From sequence record SRR20825019_968: a stretch of 64,000 nucleotides of DNA; one strand, 5' to 3'. The notes beneath the pieces are model-generated. The model was not told the DNA's origin and did no database searches. It worked only from the letters and a program-made list of their open reading frames with translations. The translations under genes and the position numbers were made by a program. This document shows positions 38,104 through 48,985 of this stretch, piece by piece (positions within the stretch are counted from its first letter, which is position 1; each line of letters starts with the position of its first letter).

Positions 38104-39249
38104 TTAATGATTGTGACCGTCATGATCTCCATGATCGTGTCCATCGTGATCTCCGTGTGGAGCAGGAGCCGATAAGTCCATCATTTCAATATCAAATACT
38201 AAATCTGAATAAGGAGGAATACTTCCTGGTCTCCCTTGTGCACCATAAGCTGCGTAGTAAGGGATAATTAATTTTGCCTTTCCAGTTTTACCAATCATAG
38301 CAATTCCTTCTTCAAACCCAGGAATCATTCGTTGCTCTAGGTATTTAAAGTCCATTGGTGCTCCGCGATTGTAAGAGGCATCAAACTCATTGCCACCTGC
38401 TCTGAATGTTCCTCTATAGTGTAAAGAAATTTTCGAGCCAGATACAGGCTTCGTAGCTTCACCTTCTTTTTCTATGATGTAAACCAATCCAGATTCAGTT
38501 TGTTGAGCCGTTGGATATTTTTCTTTCACTTCGTTAAACATGAATACTTTATATTCTTCAGGAGACATGGTTGCACATTTTTCAATACGCTTTTCTTCCA
38601 TTACTTCTTTTTCTTTTTGAACAGAATATACTTTCGCAAATTCTTCTGTCGCATTCCATTTCTTCGCCTCTTTTCCTTTGCGAATAATTTTTAGACTGAT
38701 GATTTTGTCTCCTTGCTCAATTGCATTTACAACGTCTTGTCCAGCAATAACATGTCCGAAAACGCTGTGTTTGTTGTCCAACCATGGAGTTTCTTTATGT
38801 GTAATAAAGAATTGACTTCCATTCGTTGCTACACCTGAATTCGCCATTGAGAGGATTCCAGGGCCATTGTGTTTCAAATCTGGATGAAACTCATCGTAAA
38901 ATCGATGACTTGGTCCACCGCTTCCATTTCCATCAGGATCTCCACCTTGAACCATGAAGTCTTTAATTACTCTATGGAACGCAAGTCCGTCGTAAAAAGG
39001 TTTTTTATACTCGATAGTATCAACTTTAAAATCTCCTTCTGCTAAACCAACAAAGTTTGCTACTGTCATTGGAGCTTTTTGAAATTCGAGCTGAATGAGA
39101 ACCACACCTTTTGAGGTCGTGAATTCTGCATACATTCCTTTTTCTAATTTTGGTTTCTTTGGTTTCGCTGATTTATCCTTCCCGTTAACATTTGCAAAAG
39201 CAGACGTTAGAACAAGGAGTGATAGAAATGTGAAAAGTATCTTTTTCAT
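38104..39249 (-). CDS. Dual cyclophilin-FKBP peptidyl-prolyl isomerase with a His-rich tail
   Basis: Cyclophilin FHRVIKDFMVQGGDP and TNGSQFFIT; FKBP IPGFEEG, AYG and IPPYSDLVF. Confidence 0.93.
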   Translation of the reverse strand: MKKILFTFLSLLVLTSAFANVNGKDKSAKPKKPKLEKGMYAEFTTSKGVVLIQLEFQKAPMTVANFVGLAEGDFKVDTIEYKKPFYDGLAFHRVIKDFMVQGGDPDGNGSGGPSHRFYDEFHPDLKHNGPGILSMANSGVATNGSQFFITHKETPWLDNKHSVFGHVIAGQDVVNAIEQGDKIISLKIIRKGKEAKKWNATEEFAKVYSVQKEKEVMEEKRIEKCATMSPEEYKVFMFNEVKEKYPTAQQTESGLVYIIEKEGEATKPVSGSKISLHYRGTFRAGGNEFDASYNRGAPMDFKYLEQRMIPGFEEGIAMIGKTGKAKLIIPYYAAYGAQGRPGSIPPYSDLVFDIEMMDLSAPAPHGDHDGHDHGDHDGHNH

Positions 39250-39322
39250 ATGTTTTTAAATTATTGCTGATAAAAATAAGGTTTTTATTGTGAATAAGGA
39301 GAAGCAAAAGTCTTGCCGAACG

Positions 39323-40204
39323 TTAGGCATTTCGTTGATCCATTCCCCAATGCATTTTATTTCGAATCGTATCGAGAAAATTATTGTCTTCAAATTTGAT
39401 CACATTGATCATGAAATCGGCTTTATGAACGGTCACTTTTTCTTCTTGACGAATACTATGTGAATTCCCATCAATACTGAGTAAATATCTTCGACTCCTT
39501 CCTTCTAAACTGAGTTCAATGGGCATGTGATCGGGAACAACCATCGGTCGAACATTTAAATTGTGCGGTGCAATGGGAGTTAATATATGTACTTGACAAC
39601 CTGGTGTAACAATTGGTCCTCCACAACTTAAACTATATGCCGTTGAACCAGAAGGTGTTGAGACAATTAATCCGTCGGCCCAATATGAATTAAGGTACTT
39701 TCCTTCCAAAGAGGCGTGTACGGTAATCATAGAAGACGTGTCCTTTTTCTGAAGGGTGATCTCATTCATGGCAATATCTTCTTCGCCTAATAACTGCGAT
39801 GAAGTATCTACGCGAAGCATTGAGCGTTTTTGAAGCATGAATTGCTTGCGGTTTACCAAATCCATCGCCTGTTGAATGTGCTCTTTACCAATGTTTGCTA
39901 GAAAGCCCAAACGTCCCATATTGATTCCTAAAACAGGAACCCCAGAATCACGTACATATTTAACATTTTGAATAAAAGTTCCATCTCCCCCAAGGCTAAA
40001 ACTAAGGTCAATTCCCGTTTTAAGATCGGCGTGTGAAGAGAATTGTTCCGTGGAAGGATCCAATCCAATTTTTTTAACCAACATGTCTTTGAGTTCATGG
40101 TGAAGCACTGGTGTCCATCCAAAATCTTTCAAAACACCCAAAAACTCCTTGAAGTAATCTGCATTTTGTCGATTTACTCGTTTGCCGTAGACTGCTATAT
40201 TCAT
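39323..40204 (-). CDS. nadK: NAD kinase
   Basis: GGDGT, GRLGFL, NE and DGLIVSTPSGSTAYSLSCGG. Confidence 0.96.
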   Translation of the reverse strand: MNIAVYGKRVNRQNADYFKEFLGVLKDFGWTPVLHHELKDMLVKKIGLDPSTEQFSSHADLKTGIDLSFSLGGDGTFIQNVKYVRDSGVPVLGINMGRLGFLANIGKEHIQQAMDLVNRKQFMLQKRSMLRVDTSSQLLGEEDIAMNEITLQKKDTSSMITVHASLEGKYLNSYWADGLIVSTPSGSTAYSLSCGGPIVTPGCQVHILTPIAPHNLNVRPMVVPDHMPIELSLEGRSRRYLLSIDGNSHSIRQEEKVTVHKADFMINVIKFEDNNFLDTIRNKMHWGMDQRNA

Positions 40205-40206
40205 GA

Positions 40207-40869
40207 CTAAAACTTCAGGTAATTCATTAGTGCATCATATCGGAATTTTAGATCCTCGTCAGCATTGCTCTTTTGAAAAGAGGCTTTGATGACATAATCG
40301 TAGCGTTCAAAAGTTCGCATGATTCGATCCAATTCAATCGTGTTGATTTTCAAAGTCACTTCCAAATTGGTTGAGTCCATGGATGACATGATATAGGAAC
40401 TCAATATTCGTGCATCATTGCTTTCCACAATTTGCGCGATTTGTGCCATTGAATAATCAGTTTGCGCCATTTCTAGTACAATGATTCCTCCATTTTCCTT
40501 GATGCTTCCTGTATTGGCGATCAACGTCAATAAATGATGAACACTTACACAACCGAGGTAAGCTTCTTTCATGTCAAGAATAGGTATCAGGCTGAGTTTA
40601 TACTCGGCTATTCGCGCCAAAACTTGATAAATATGATCTCCAGCTAACGCAAAAGGACGCGGTAAATGTTGAAACAATTTATCGAGTGATTGTTCTAAAC
40701 TTGTCTGATCTAGTAAATCAGATTCTGAAATAATTCCTACGAAATTTCCAGATTTTAGCACAGGAAGATGAGAAACTTTAAATTCCTCCATCCAACTTAG
40801 CGCCTTCTCTCCACTATCGGAATGCAAAAGTGGCGGTATCTCTTCTGTTATCAGATCTTCTGCTCTCAT
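40207..40869 (-). CDS. CBS domain protein (AcuB-like)
   Basis: Tandem CBS (SHLPV..GIISESDL) plus ACT-like C-terminus. Confidence 0.88.
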   Translation of the reverse strand: MRAEDLITEEIPPLLHSDSGEKALSWMEEFKVSHLPVLKSGNFVGIISESDLLDQTSLEQSLDKLFQHLPRPFALAGDHIYQVLARIAEYKLSLIPILDMKEAYLGCVSVHHLLTLIANTGSIKENGGIIVLEMAQTDYSMAQIAQIVESNDARILSSYIMSSMDSTNLEVTLKINTIELDRIMRTFERYDYVIKASFQKSNADEDLKFRYDALMNYLKF

Positions 40870-40934
40870 TATGTCTGCTAAGGTAGCATAATACTCAGAT
40901 AGTTCTTACGTTTGTAGGTACAAAAATCATCGGT

Positions 40935-41660
40935 ATGAAGACAAAATTGAGTGTAAATGTGAATAAAATTGCAACGTTGCGAAATGCACGCGGCGGGAAT
41001 ACTCCAAATGTAGTTCAGGTGGCATTAGATTGTGAACGTTTTGGTGCAGACGGAATTACGGTGCATCCACGACCTGATGAGAGGCACATTACACGACAAG
41101 ATGTTTTTGATCTAGCGGAAAAGGTTTCTACCGAGTTTAATATTGAAGGATATCCAGATAAACGTTATTTGGATCTGGTTTTTGAGATAAATCCAGCGCA
41201 AGCAACGTTAGTTCCAGATCCTCCTGGTGTGTTGACGTCGAATGCCGGTTGGGAAACTAAAAAGAACCTCGGATTGCTAACTGAATTGGCTAATGAATTC
41301 AAAACGAAGGGAATTCGATCGTCGGTTTTTGTTGATACAAAGCTTGAGAATATTGAATATGCTGCGAAATCTGGAATCGATAGAATTGAGTTGTATACGG
41401 GACCGTATGCCGAAGATTTCACGAATGATCCAGTGAAAGCAATTAAAGATTACGTGGCGGCAGCAAACCTTGCGAAGGAGCTTGGACTCGGAATTAACGC
41501 TGGTCATGATCTCAGTTTGGATAATTTGAAGTATTTCGATGAACACATTGATGGTTTAATGGAGGTGTCCATTGGTCATGCGCTTGTTTCAGATGCGCTA
41601 TACTTTGGATTGGAAAATACAATTCAAATGTATCAGCGTCTATTGCTTGTTAAGACGTAA
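40935..41660 (+). CDS. pdxJ: Pyridoxine 5'-phosphate synthase
   Basis: [33 protein letters not shown] and EVSIGHA. Confidence 0.97.
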   Translation: MKTKLSVNVNKIATLRNARGGNTPNVVQVALDCERFGADGITVHPRPDERHITRQDVFDLAEKVSTEFNIEGYPDKRYLDLVFEINPAQATLVPDPPGVLTSNAGWETKKNLGLLTELANEFKTKGIRSSVFVDTKLENIEYAAKSGIDRIELYTGPYAEDFTNDPVKAIKDYVAAANLAKELGLGINAGHDLSLDNLKYFDEHIDGLMEVSIGHALVSDALYFGLENTIQMYQRLLLVKT

Positions 41661-41890
41661 ATCCCGCATTTTTTTAGACGATTCTTTCGGCTTTTTTATT
41701 TTAAGAGCGGATGAAGTTGTTTCCTTGTCAATAGAAATTGATTGCTTCGTTTGAGGAATTTGATTTATCGGAGTGCTCTTTTTTGTCTTGGGAATCAGTG
41801 TTTTTTTGATTGCGCACACGCAACACTTCAATCACATATTAAGTGATGGGTAGAGTTTTAAGGAATTCGAGAGAGGAGGGAAGCCTCGGC

Positions 41891-43663
41891 TTACTTCGAC
41901 TGTTTGACCGTTTTCTTTACGGTTTTTTGACCATGATCATTAATGATTACATAGTATGTTCCATCAGGCTCATTTGCTAAGTTGAAGTGGTAATTTTCTT
42001 CAAAAAAGTAACCTTCTGCAGAGTCAATAACTCGTCCATCTGAAGTTACGATGGAAATAGAGATGTCTTTATTGTTCGTCGCTAAAGTTGCCCAATTTGA
42101 CATTGGATTAGGGTACAAAGCATAATCATTTGAAGGTGACTGATCTACTTTTCTAACTTTAGAATAGGAGAATTGACCGTCAAAATCGACTTGTTTTAAG
42201 CGATAGTATGTCAAACTCTGTAGCGAGTTCTCATCAATCATTTCATAAGTGAGAATCTCATTGCTCGTCCCAGCTCCATTCATTATTCCGGTTTCTTCAA
42301 ATGTGATTCCGTCCAATGAGCGTTCTACAATAAAATGGGAGTTGTTATGTTCAGAAGCGGTAATCCAGTTGCACTTAACATGTCTATCATCCGTTCTTGT
42401 TGCATAGAAATCAATTAGCTCAACAGGAAGTACACTTGTCGTATAGATCGTAGTTCGCATGTGATCTACTTGTGCTGTTCCATTTACAATGTTCACTTTA
42501 AGAAGACTTGCGAATTGAGTATTGTTGATGTCTAAATAATTCCATGATTCGCCCCACAAATCACCAGGTCCGCCGTAGCTAGCGTATGTATCTACTAGAG
42601 GCCAAGCTGTCGTTGTTTGAGCATAATTATTTCCAACAGTCACCCCATTTTTTTGAAGCGTAACCTCGGTATCAAATACGGATATTTTTCGGAGTCCAAT
42701 TCCAATCATTAATCTTCGGTTAGGAATCCCATTAAAAGTAAAGGTAGGGTTTTCCGTTCCTGTTACTGATGGTATTTTGTATGCTGTTTGCATGCACCCA
42801 CCAGTTGTCGGTGCATAAACCGTGTTTGCTCTGTACACATCCGTTCCCTCGGTAAATCCACTATTGATGGTGAATGTGTTTGTTCCACCGTTGCTCACAG
42901 GAGGTGCTGTAAAGTTTCCACAGAAGATTCCTGTTACGTACATTCCGCCAACGGTAGCTGAGATTGGATTTGAAAGTTGAGAGGTTGGTCCGCCACCGTT
43001 AATTCCTCTTTGTTCAAAAGATAAGAAAGGTGAGCTTTGATCTACATTATTAAATACGGCAGCTGATATAATGTCAAAGAATTCGTCTCTAGAAACCGGC
43101 GCGTAATTAACTTGTACCGTGTGGTTTCCAGGAGCTAGAAGAGAAAGGGAAGACTCTGGTAGGTACCAACATTCTAAACGTGCCCAAAATGATGTGTAAT
43201 ATGAGAAGCCTGTCGCTCTGATCATAGGCATTCCACCGTAAGTAACATTTGAGACAACTGGTTCGTTACCATTTTCTGTTCCAACAAACACGAGCATCAT
43301 TCTGTTGTTTCCTGTAGGAAGAGTGTAGTTATTGATTCTCGACAATTCACCGTCTCTCCATGGTCCAATCAGTGATACGTCTGCTCCAAGGTCTGCCTTG
43401 CGCTCAATATCTAATTGAATTCCAGTGACGATATCCGTGTTTGTCAATGCAAAACCATAGCCTCTAGCACGTAACGTTCTCGACGGTCCAGAAGTTGAAA
43501 CGGACGTGTATGAGTTGTCAGACGCGAATGTACCTGCTGCTCCGCTCCAGTTGTTCCCTGGGGAAATGGTGCCTTGATTAGACGGATTGTTTGGTCCGAA
43601 AACCTGACTAAAAAGATTTAAACTAAAAGCAAATGTCAAAAGTATAAGCGCAACAAATTTCAT
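41891..43663 (-). CDS. Secreted T9SS cargo protein (type A C-terminal sorting domain)
   Basis: Signal peptide; LPVELIDF..W.TASE.NN..F.VERS..YYRLKQVDFDG; YPNP CTD ending KKTVKQSK. Confidence 0.88.
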   Translation of the reverse strand: MKFVALILLTFAFSLNLFSQVFGPNNPSNQGTISPGNNWSGAAGTFASDNSYTSVSTSGPSRTLRARGYGFALTNTDIVTGIQLDIERKADLGADVSLIGPWRDGELSRINNYTLPTGNNRMMLVFVGTENGNEPVVSNVTYGGMPMIRATGFSYYTSFWARLECWYLPESSLSLLAPGNHTVQVNYAPVSRDEFFDIISAAVFNNVDQSSPFLSFEQRGINGGGPTSQLSNPISATVGGMYVTGIFCGNFTAPPVSNGGTNTFTINSGFTEGTDVYRANTVYAPTTGGCMQTAYKIPSVTGTENPTFTFNGIPNRRLMIGIGLRKISVFDTEVTLQKNGVTVGNNYAQTTTAWPLVDTYASYGGPGDLWGESWNYLDINNTQFASLLKVNIVNGTAQVDHMRTTIYTTSVLPVELIDFYATRTDDRHVKCNWITASEHNNSHFIVERSLDGITFEETGIMNGAGTSNEILTYEMIDENSLQSLTYYRLKQVDFDGQFSYSKVRKVDQSPSNDYALYPNPMSNWATLATNNKDISISIVTSDGRVIDSAEGYFFEENYHFNLANEPDGTYYVIINDHGQKTVKKTVKQSK

Positions 43664-44476
43664 TACAAGGTTATTAGGGATAATAATGGATACAAAGTAC
43701 CGACAAATAAAGGAGAGTGTAATGGTGGTTTCTACGCAGTTTTTTAACAAGAAGCAAAAAAGGGAATCCAACCATTGTTATTCTTTTTAATTGATTATTA
43801 TGTCTATCTAGCTGACTGTTCGGTGGTTTTTTGAATGTTAACTGGGAGTGAATAATTGTTTTTGGTTATCAACAATTCAAGAGTAGCGAAAATTTGGCCT
43901 CAATTTAGGGTGTTAAATTAAAGTTGATCTTGTTAGAATAACCGTTCATCGATGTAATGTGTTGATTGGTGGAGTAATTGAGGTCTTGATTTTGATCAAA
44001 AACATGAATTGTGGATGTAAATTGTTTCGCTGCGTGTAATTCCTCTTTTTTTGCCTGATTTAATCGTTGAGATGAAAGAAAGGAATATGGTCTGTTAACG
44101 TAAAATATTACTCGGAATTGATGCGTTATTTCTTCGTTGTTCCTTGTTAAATCAGTGATTTCGATCTTAATTTCGATTTTTCTTCTTTCATAAGATCGCA
44201 TAGATACTTTAAGTTTTTACTGGTCTTAAAGAGGTAGGTTTATTCCTGATCAGCGTTGATTTTAATATAACTTGTACAGGTTTCAACTTTTTGTTTCATC
44301 GTTTTACTCTTCTATGTGGAGTGAAAAGAGGTCTTTTTGATCTATTTCATCGAAAGAATAAGTTGGATTAATCACTATAAATATTAGATGAATAGCAATT
44401 GTTTATCGTTAAACGGGTTATTTGTCACGATGATGATTTTTCCGTTGATTTCTTTTAACGAAAACAGGATGACAAC

Positions 44477-44509
44477 AAAAAAAAGGAAGCAACAACGTCG
44501 CTTCCTTTT
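44477..44509 (-). terminator. Intrinsic terminator after the OmpA-family gene
   Basis: A8-GGAAGC..GCTTCCTTTT hairpin. Confidence 0.78.
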
Positions 44510-44533
44510 CGGATGAATAATTTGAATTCAAAT

Positions 44534-46873
44534 CTATTTTTCTTGAACTCCAATCTCTACACGACGATTGAACTTTTTAGCTTCGTCATTCGTGTTTGAT
44601 TTCAATGGTCGCCATTCTCCATAGTAGAACACTTCAATTGAGTCATAATCAACACCAGCGCCTTCCAACTTTCTACGAACGGTTTCTGCTCGTTTCTTTG
44701 AAAGAATCAAGTTGTAATTGTCATTACCATCATTGTCTGTATGCCCGATAACAACTAACATGTATTTTCCTTTCTCTGAGAAGTCATACGATTTAGCGAG
44801 TTCGCGAATTTTCTCGTCGTATTCGGATTTCACTGTTGCGTCATCTGTGTTAAAATAGATGTTGAGCGTCTCCAAACGTCTTCCACTTGGAAGCTTCGTG
44901 ATTTGAACACCGTCTTGAGTTGACTCTTTCGGGTTCTGTTCTTTGATTTCTTCAATTTTCTGCCCCGTGTTATTTGGGTCTTTTTCTTTTTTCTTGTCTT
45001 TAAGATTGATCGTATTGATGTTCATTGAATCAATAGGACATCCCTCATTGTATACCGAACCTGCAACGTCTGGACATTTATCTACATTGTTCGAAACGCC
45101 GTCACCATCGTTATCCATACAGCACCCAGGGTTTTCGAATGGACATCCGTTGTTTAGTTCAATCCCCGGAACGTCAGGACATCTGTCAGCAGCATCAATT
45201 ACACCGTCCATATCTCTGTCTGGACAACCATAATGAACTGCGAGTCCTTTTTCGTTTGGACATTGATCATCCAAGTCGATAATTCCATCGCCGTCTGTAT
45301 CTGGACAACCGTTTGTGTTTATCGGTCCTGGTGAATAAATACAATAATCGCGTTTGTCTGGGATTCCATCACCATCAGTGTCAGGACAACCTTTGAATTT
45401 CTCTAGCCCTGGATCGTAGATACATTCGTCTTTTTCATCAGAGATTTTATCTCCATCAATGTCCGATGGAACTGAGTAAGGCAATCCGTACGATAATCCT
45501 CCGAAGAAATTGGCGCTGTACTTTGCACGCTTACCAAAAACACCCATAATGTTATTGCCGCCCATGAAGATGGAAAAATTAGTTTTTTTGAATGCGAATC
45601 TTCCTGCTGCACCGATGTCTATTTGCCCATTTCGTTGAAAAGAAATAGGGAGCATGGCACTCCAATTCGCAACTTCATAACGTGCCGTAAATGTGTGAAT
45701 CGATTTAAAATGCGATTTCGACGGGTCGCTTCTCAATTTTATAGGAATCAATCCGCCGTAGCTTCCATAGAAGTTTTTCCAAATATTATAGTCGAATTGA
45801 AGATTTAAACTAGTTGGGAGATTCATTTTGAATGTCTCATCCTGGTCGTCGTTTTTCGTAGAACTTTGCGCGATTGTATTGAAGTTCTTAAAATAAGTGA
45901 ATCCATTTCCGGAGAAATCACCGTAATTGATATTGGAGAGATTAGCCAGGTTCACTTGGTTGTTTCCAGGTGTAAAATTGAACGAGTTTGTATCTTTTGT
46001 AAACTTAACGCGACCAATGTCCGTAATCGATGCGCCAATCTTAAAAAGATATTTGTTTTTATCGTAGCGCTCTATGTCTTTCTCACCATCCATATCGTAT
46101 TTGAACTTGTCAAAATCAGGACGGTATTCATATACTACGCCAAGATCGAGTCCCAAAGCTAGATTACGCGACGTAAAGCTGTTTTTTTTCTCGGCTTTTC
46201 CATACTCAAACGACGTTTCTTTAAATAAAACACTCCCTGAGTTTTTATCTTGGAACTCAAAACTTCCCTCGTCTGCATAAAGGTACACAGCGTCGTGACC
46301 GTTAATAATCTTAGCTGCAACTCCTGCTTTAATAAAGTGTTCGTTGTCTTCTTTCAGTACACGCGCGAAATTAAATCGATGCTCACTGTAAATAAATTGC
46401 TGTAAACCGAACTTTTCAAAGCTAATTGACTTGTTCAGCGGTTTTGTTGAATCGAAGCCATTGAAATCTGCAGCAGTCCATTCAGAAGGCAGTCCATCGA
46501 GGTTTCCAAATTGACGAATTCGGAAGCTATAACCGATGGAATTTTTATGATTGATTTCATAGTAACCACTTAAAAGATCGATTGAAAAATTATTCATCTG
46601 ATATCCTTTGAATCCTGGCTCACGATAGCGATTTCGCTGATTGCCTAGAAGCACACTGATCATACTTGAATTATTTCCAGAGTAATTATTCGCGGATAGG
46701 TTAACGAACGAAGAGGTAAATGAATACTTATGCAACGAGTTCGTGATTGAAGCGGGTTGAGTATAAGAGCCAGTGTATCCAGAATAATTGTCGGATGCAT
46801 AACCTGTATAATGTTGTTGGGACAAAACAGAAAATGAACTCCCGATTAAAAGGAGGAATAATATTTTTTTCAT
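44534..46873 (-). CDS. OmpA family protein: DUF5723-like barrel, thrombospondin type-3 repeats and OmpA C-domain
   Basis: DxDGDGxxDxxDxCP repeats; GHTDNDG..NLILSKKRA..NRRVE. Confidence 0.9.
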   Translation of the reverse strand: MKKILFLLLIGSSFSVLSQQHYTGYASDNYSGYTGSYTQPASITNSLHKYSFTSSFVNLSANNYSGNNSSMISVLLGNQRNRYREPGFKGYQMNNFSIDLLSGYYEINHKNSIGYSFRIRQFGNLDGLPSEWTAADFNGFDSTKPLNKSISFEKFGLQQFIYSEHRFNFARVLKEDNEHFIKAGVAAKIINGHDAVYLYADEGSFEFQDKNSGSVLFKETSFEYGKAEKKNSFTSRNLALGLDLGVVYEYRPDFDKFKYDMDGEKDIERYDKNKYLFKIGASITDIGRVKFTKDTNSFNFTPGNNQVNLANLSNINYGDFSGNGFTYFKNFNTIAQSSTKNDDQDETFKMNLPTSLNLQFDYNIWKNFYGSYGGLIPIKLRSDPSKSHFKSIHTFTARYEVANWSAMLPISFQRNGQIDIGAAGRFAFKKTNFSIFMGGNNIMGVFGKRAKYSANFFGGLSYGLPYSVPSDIDGDKISDEKDECIYDPGLEKFKGCPDTDGDGIPDKRDYCIYSPGPINTNGCPDTDGDGIIDLDDQCPNEKGLAVHYGCPDRDMDGVIDAADRCPDVPGIELNNGCPFENPGCCMDNDGDGVSNNVDKCPDVAGSVYNEGCPIDSMNINTINLKDKKKEKDPNNTGQKIEEIKEQNPKESTQDGVQITKLPSGRRLETLNIYFNTDDATVKSEYDEKIRELAKSYDFSEKGKYMLVVIGHTDNDGNDNYNLILSKKRAETVRRKLEGAGVDYDSIEVFYYGEWRPLKSNTNDEAKKFNRRVEIGVQEK

Positions 46874-46975
46874 AAAATGATGATAATCACTACTTCAGCA
46901 GCGTAATTTTGCGCGAAGGTAGGGCTTCTTGGAGTAAAATTAAAATTGAGAATCAGTTTTGACGATAATTTTAAC

Positions 46976-48982
46976 TTATCGAATCACCGTTCGACCAAGT
47001 TTTTCGGAAATTGCACATTTTACTTGTTCCAAAAGAACTTGTTCCGAAAGCATGTCCATCAGCTGCTCATGAGGCAAATCAGCGCCTTTTTCGGTCATAA
47101 TCTGTTGAATTTCGCGAATTCTTCGTTCTACTTTGGAAGTTTTAAAGGCATAAAGTGATCCTAGAACGGCTTGATGCAGATTGTCCTGCTCCGTATGCGT
47201 GTCGATATTGTGCTTGATTTTCCAGTTGTGACTTATTTCGTGCTGTGCCAATTCAATTTCTGTAATAAACTTCACGATTTCCTGGTCTTCTGAACGTTTA
47301 AAATAGCTCGATTTAAGAAGCGAATTTTCCGCAAGTGCCTCTGAAATAATTTGATGCATTTTAGCGAAAATTGGGTGCTCAAAGACCAATTCATCTACGT
47401 TTAGTTCGTGACAAATAAATTCAGAAATACTGATTTCTATTTCTTCTTCCTGACCTTGTTCGTTGAGTTGCTTGAGTTTCATGCCCAATGGACCATAAAG
47501 AGTAAGAATGCGCATTAAATCCAGTTCATTATGATCTATTTCCGAACTTTTTTCAGGAGTCTTCTGTTCTGGACTGCTGAGTTCAAAGGGATTCGGCTCG
47601 TGGGCATAAGGATCGCTCGATTGTTCTGGAGCGTTTGCCTTTCTTTCAGCCGCTTGATAATCTTTGGATGCTTGATCTTGTCGGAGTTTTAGCAATTCTC
47701 CCGTGAGCACCTGCTCATTCATTTCAAAGCGCTCTGAAATCGATCGCATGTACACGTTTCGAGTAATTTGATCTGGAATTAACGAAACAGAATGAACAAT
47801 ATCCTTGATTAAACCTGCGCGCTTAATTGGGTCGTTTTCACCGTCAGAAAGAAGTAAGTCCGCTTTAAAAGAAATGAAATCTTGTCCATGTTCTTTCAAG
47901 TAGTCCTCTAACTCTGATGAACTCACCGATTTCGCATAGGAATCGGGATCTTCACCTTCTGGGAAAAGAACCACTTTAACATTTAAGCCTTCTTGAAGAA
48001 TTAAATCGATTCCTCTAAATGATGCTTTGATTCCCGCAGCATCGCCGTCATAAAGAATGGTGATGTTTTGCGTGTACCGTTTTACAAGACGAATTTGTTC
48101 CTTCGTTAATGACGTTCCAGAAGAAGAAACGACATTTTGAATTCCCGCCTGATACATGCTAATAACATCCGTATATCCTTCGCAGAGGTAACAGAGGTCA
48201 TATTTAATAATGTCTCCTTTGGAAAAATGAAGACCGTATAAAATTTCGCTTTTGTTGTAGATAATACTTTCAGGAGAGTTGAAGTATTTTGCGATTTTCT
48301 TGTCGGTAAATAATGTTCTTCCTCCAAATCCTAGAACTCTACCAGAAACGCTGTGGATAGGGAACATTACTCTCCCTCTAAAGAAATCGAAACTTCGATC
48401 ATCTTTAGATTTGGTAAGTCCAACTTTCTCGAGGTATTCTTGTTTGTATCCTTTTTTGAGTGCGGCAGACGTGAAGTCATCGCTGACATTCATCGAATAA
48501 CCTAGCTGAAATTTCTCAATAATTTCTGGGCGAAACCCACGTTCAACAAAGTAGGAGAGACCGATTTTTTTTCCTTCAGGACTGTCGTGAAGGTTGTGAA
48601 CAAAATGATCTTTCGCAAATTCATTAATGATGTGCAGACTTTCGCGTTCGGAAATGGCATCCAACTCTTCTTGCGTAGCAGGTTTTTCCTCAGGAAGTTG
48701 AATTCCGTATTTATCTGCAAGCCAACGAAGAGCTTCGGGATAGGAAAAATGTTCCTTTTCCATGAGGAAGGTAACAACTGTTCCACCTTTCCCTGTGGAG
48801 AAGCATTTGAAAATTTGTTTGGCAGGCGAGACAACGAAAGATGCTGTTTTTTCATCCGTAAATGGACTCAAGCCTTTTAAGTTTGATCCTGCTCGTTTTA
48901 AACTTACGAATTCCCCAATAACCTCTTCGATACGCGAGGTTTGCATAATATCTTCGATAATATGTGGGGGAATCATTGCCAT
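46976..48982 (-). CDS. dnaG: DNA primase
   Basis: GLSPFTDEKTASF, FKCF, RVMFPIH, KYFNSPE, CEGYTDV and YDGDAAG. Confidence 0.97.
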   Translation of the reverse strand: MAMIPPHIIEDIMQTSRIEEVIGEFVSLKRAGSNLKGLSPFTDEKTASFVVSPAKQIFKCFSTGKGGTVVTFLMEKEHFSYPEALRWLADKYGIQLPEEKPATQEELDAISERESLHIINEFAKDHFVHNLHDSPEGKKIGLSYFVERGFRPEIIEKFQLGYSMNVSDDFTSAALKKGYKQEYLEKVGLTKSKDDRSFDFFRGRVMFPIHSVSGRVLGFGGRTLFTDKKIAKYFNSPESIIYNKSEILYGLHFSKGDIIKYDLCYLCEGYTDVISMYQAGIQNVVSSSGTSLTKEQIRLVKRYTQNITILYDGDAAGIKASFRGIDLILQEGLNVKVVLFPEGEDPDSYAKSVSSSELEDYLKEHGQDFISFKADLLLSDGENDPIKRAGLIKDIVHSVSLIPDQITRNVYMRSISERFEMNEQVLTGELLKLRQDQASKDYQAAERKANAPEQSSDPYAHEPNPFELSSPEQKTPEKSSEIDHNELDLMRILTLYGPLGMKLKQLNEQGQEEEIEISISEFICHELNVDELVFEHPIFAKMHQIISEALAENSLLKSSYFKRSEDQEIVKFITEIELAQHEISHNWKIKHNIDTHTEQDNLHQAVLGSLYAFKTSKVERRIREIQQIMTEKGADLPHEQLMDMLSEQVLLEQVKCAISEKLGRTVIR

Positions 48983-48985
48983 TTT

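Noticed and set aside
43905-44201. 98-aa ORF as a real gene
   Set aside because: No recognisable motif; AT-rich, random-looking composition; cannot be supported
45050-45470. Repeated GATGGA/TGTCC-type DNA as a mobile or tandem element
   Set aside because: Explained by the thrombospondin type-3 repeats of the OmpA protein
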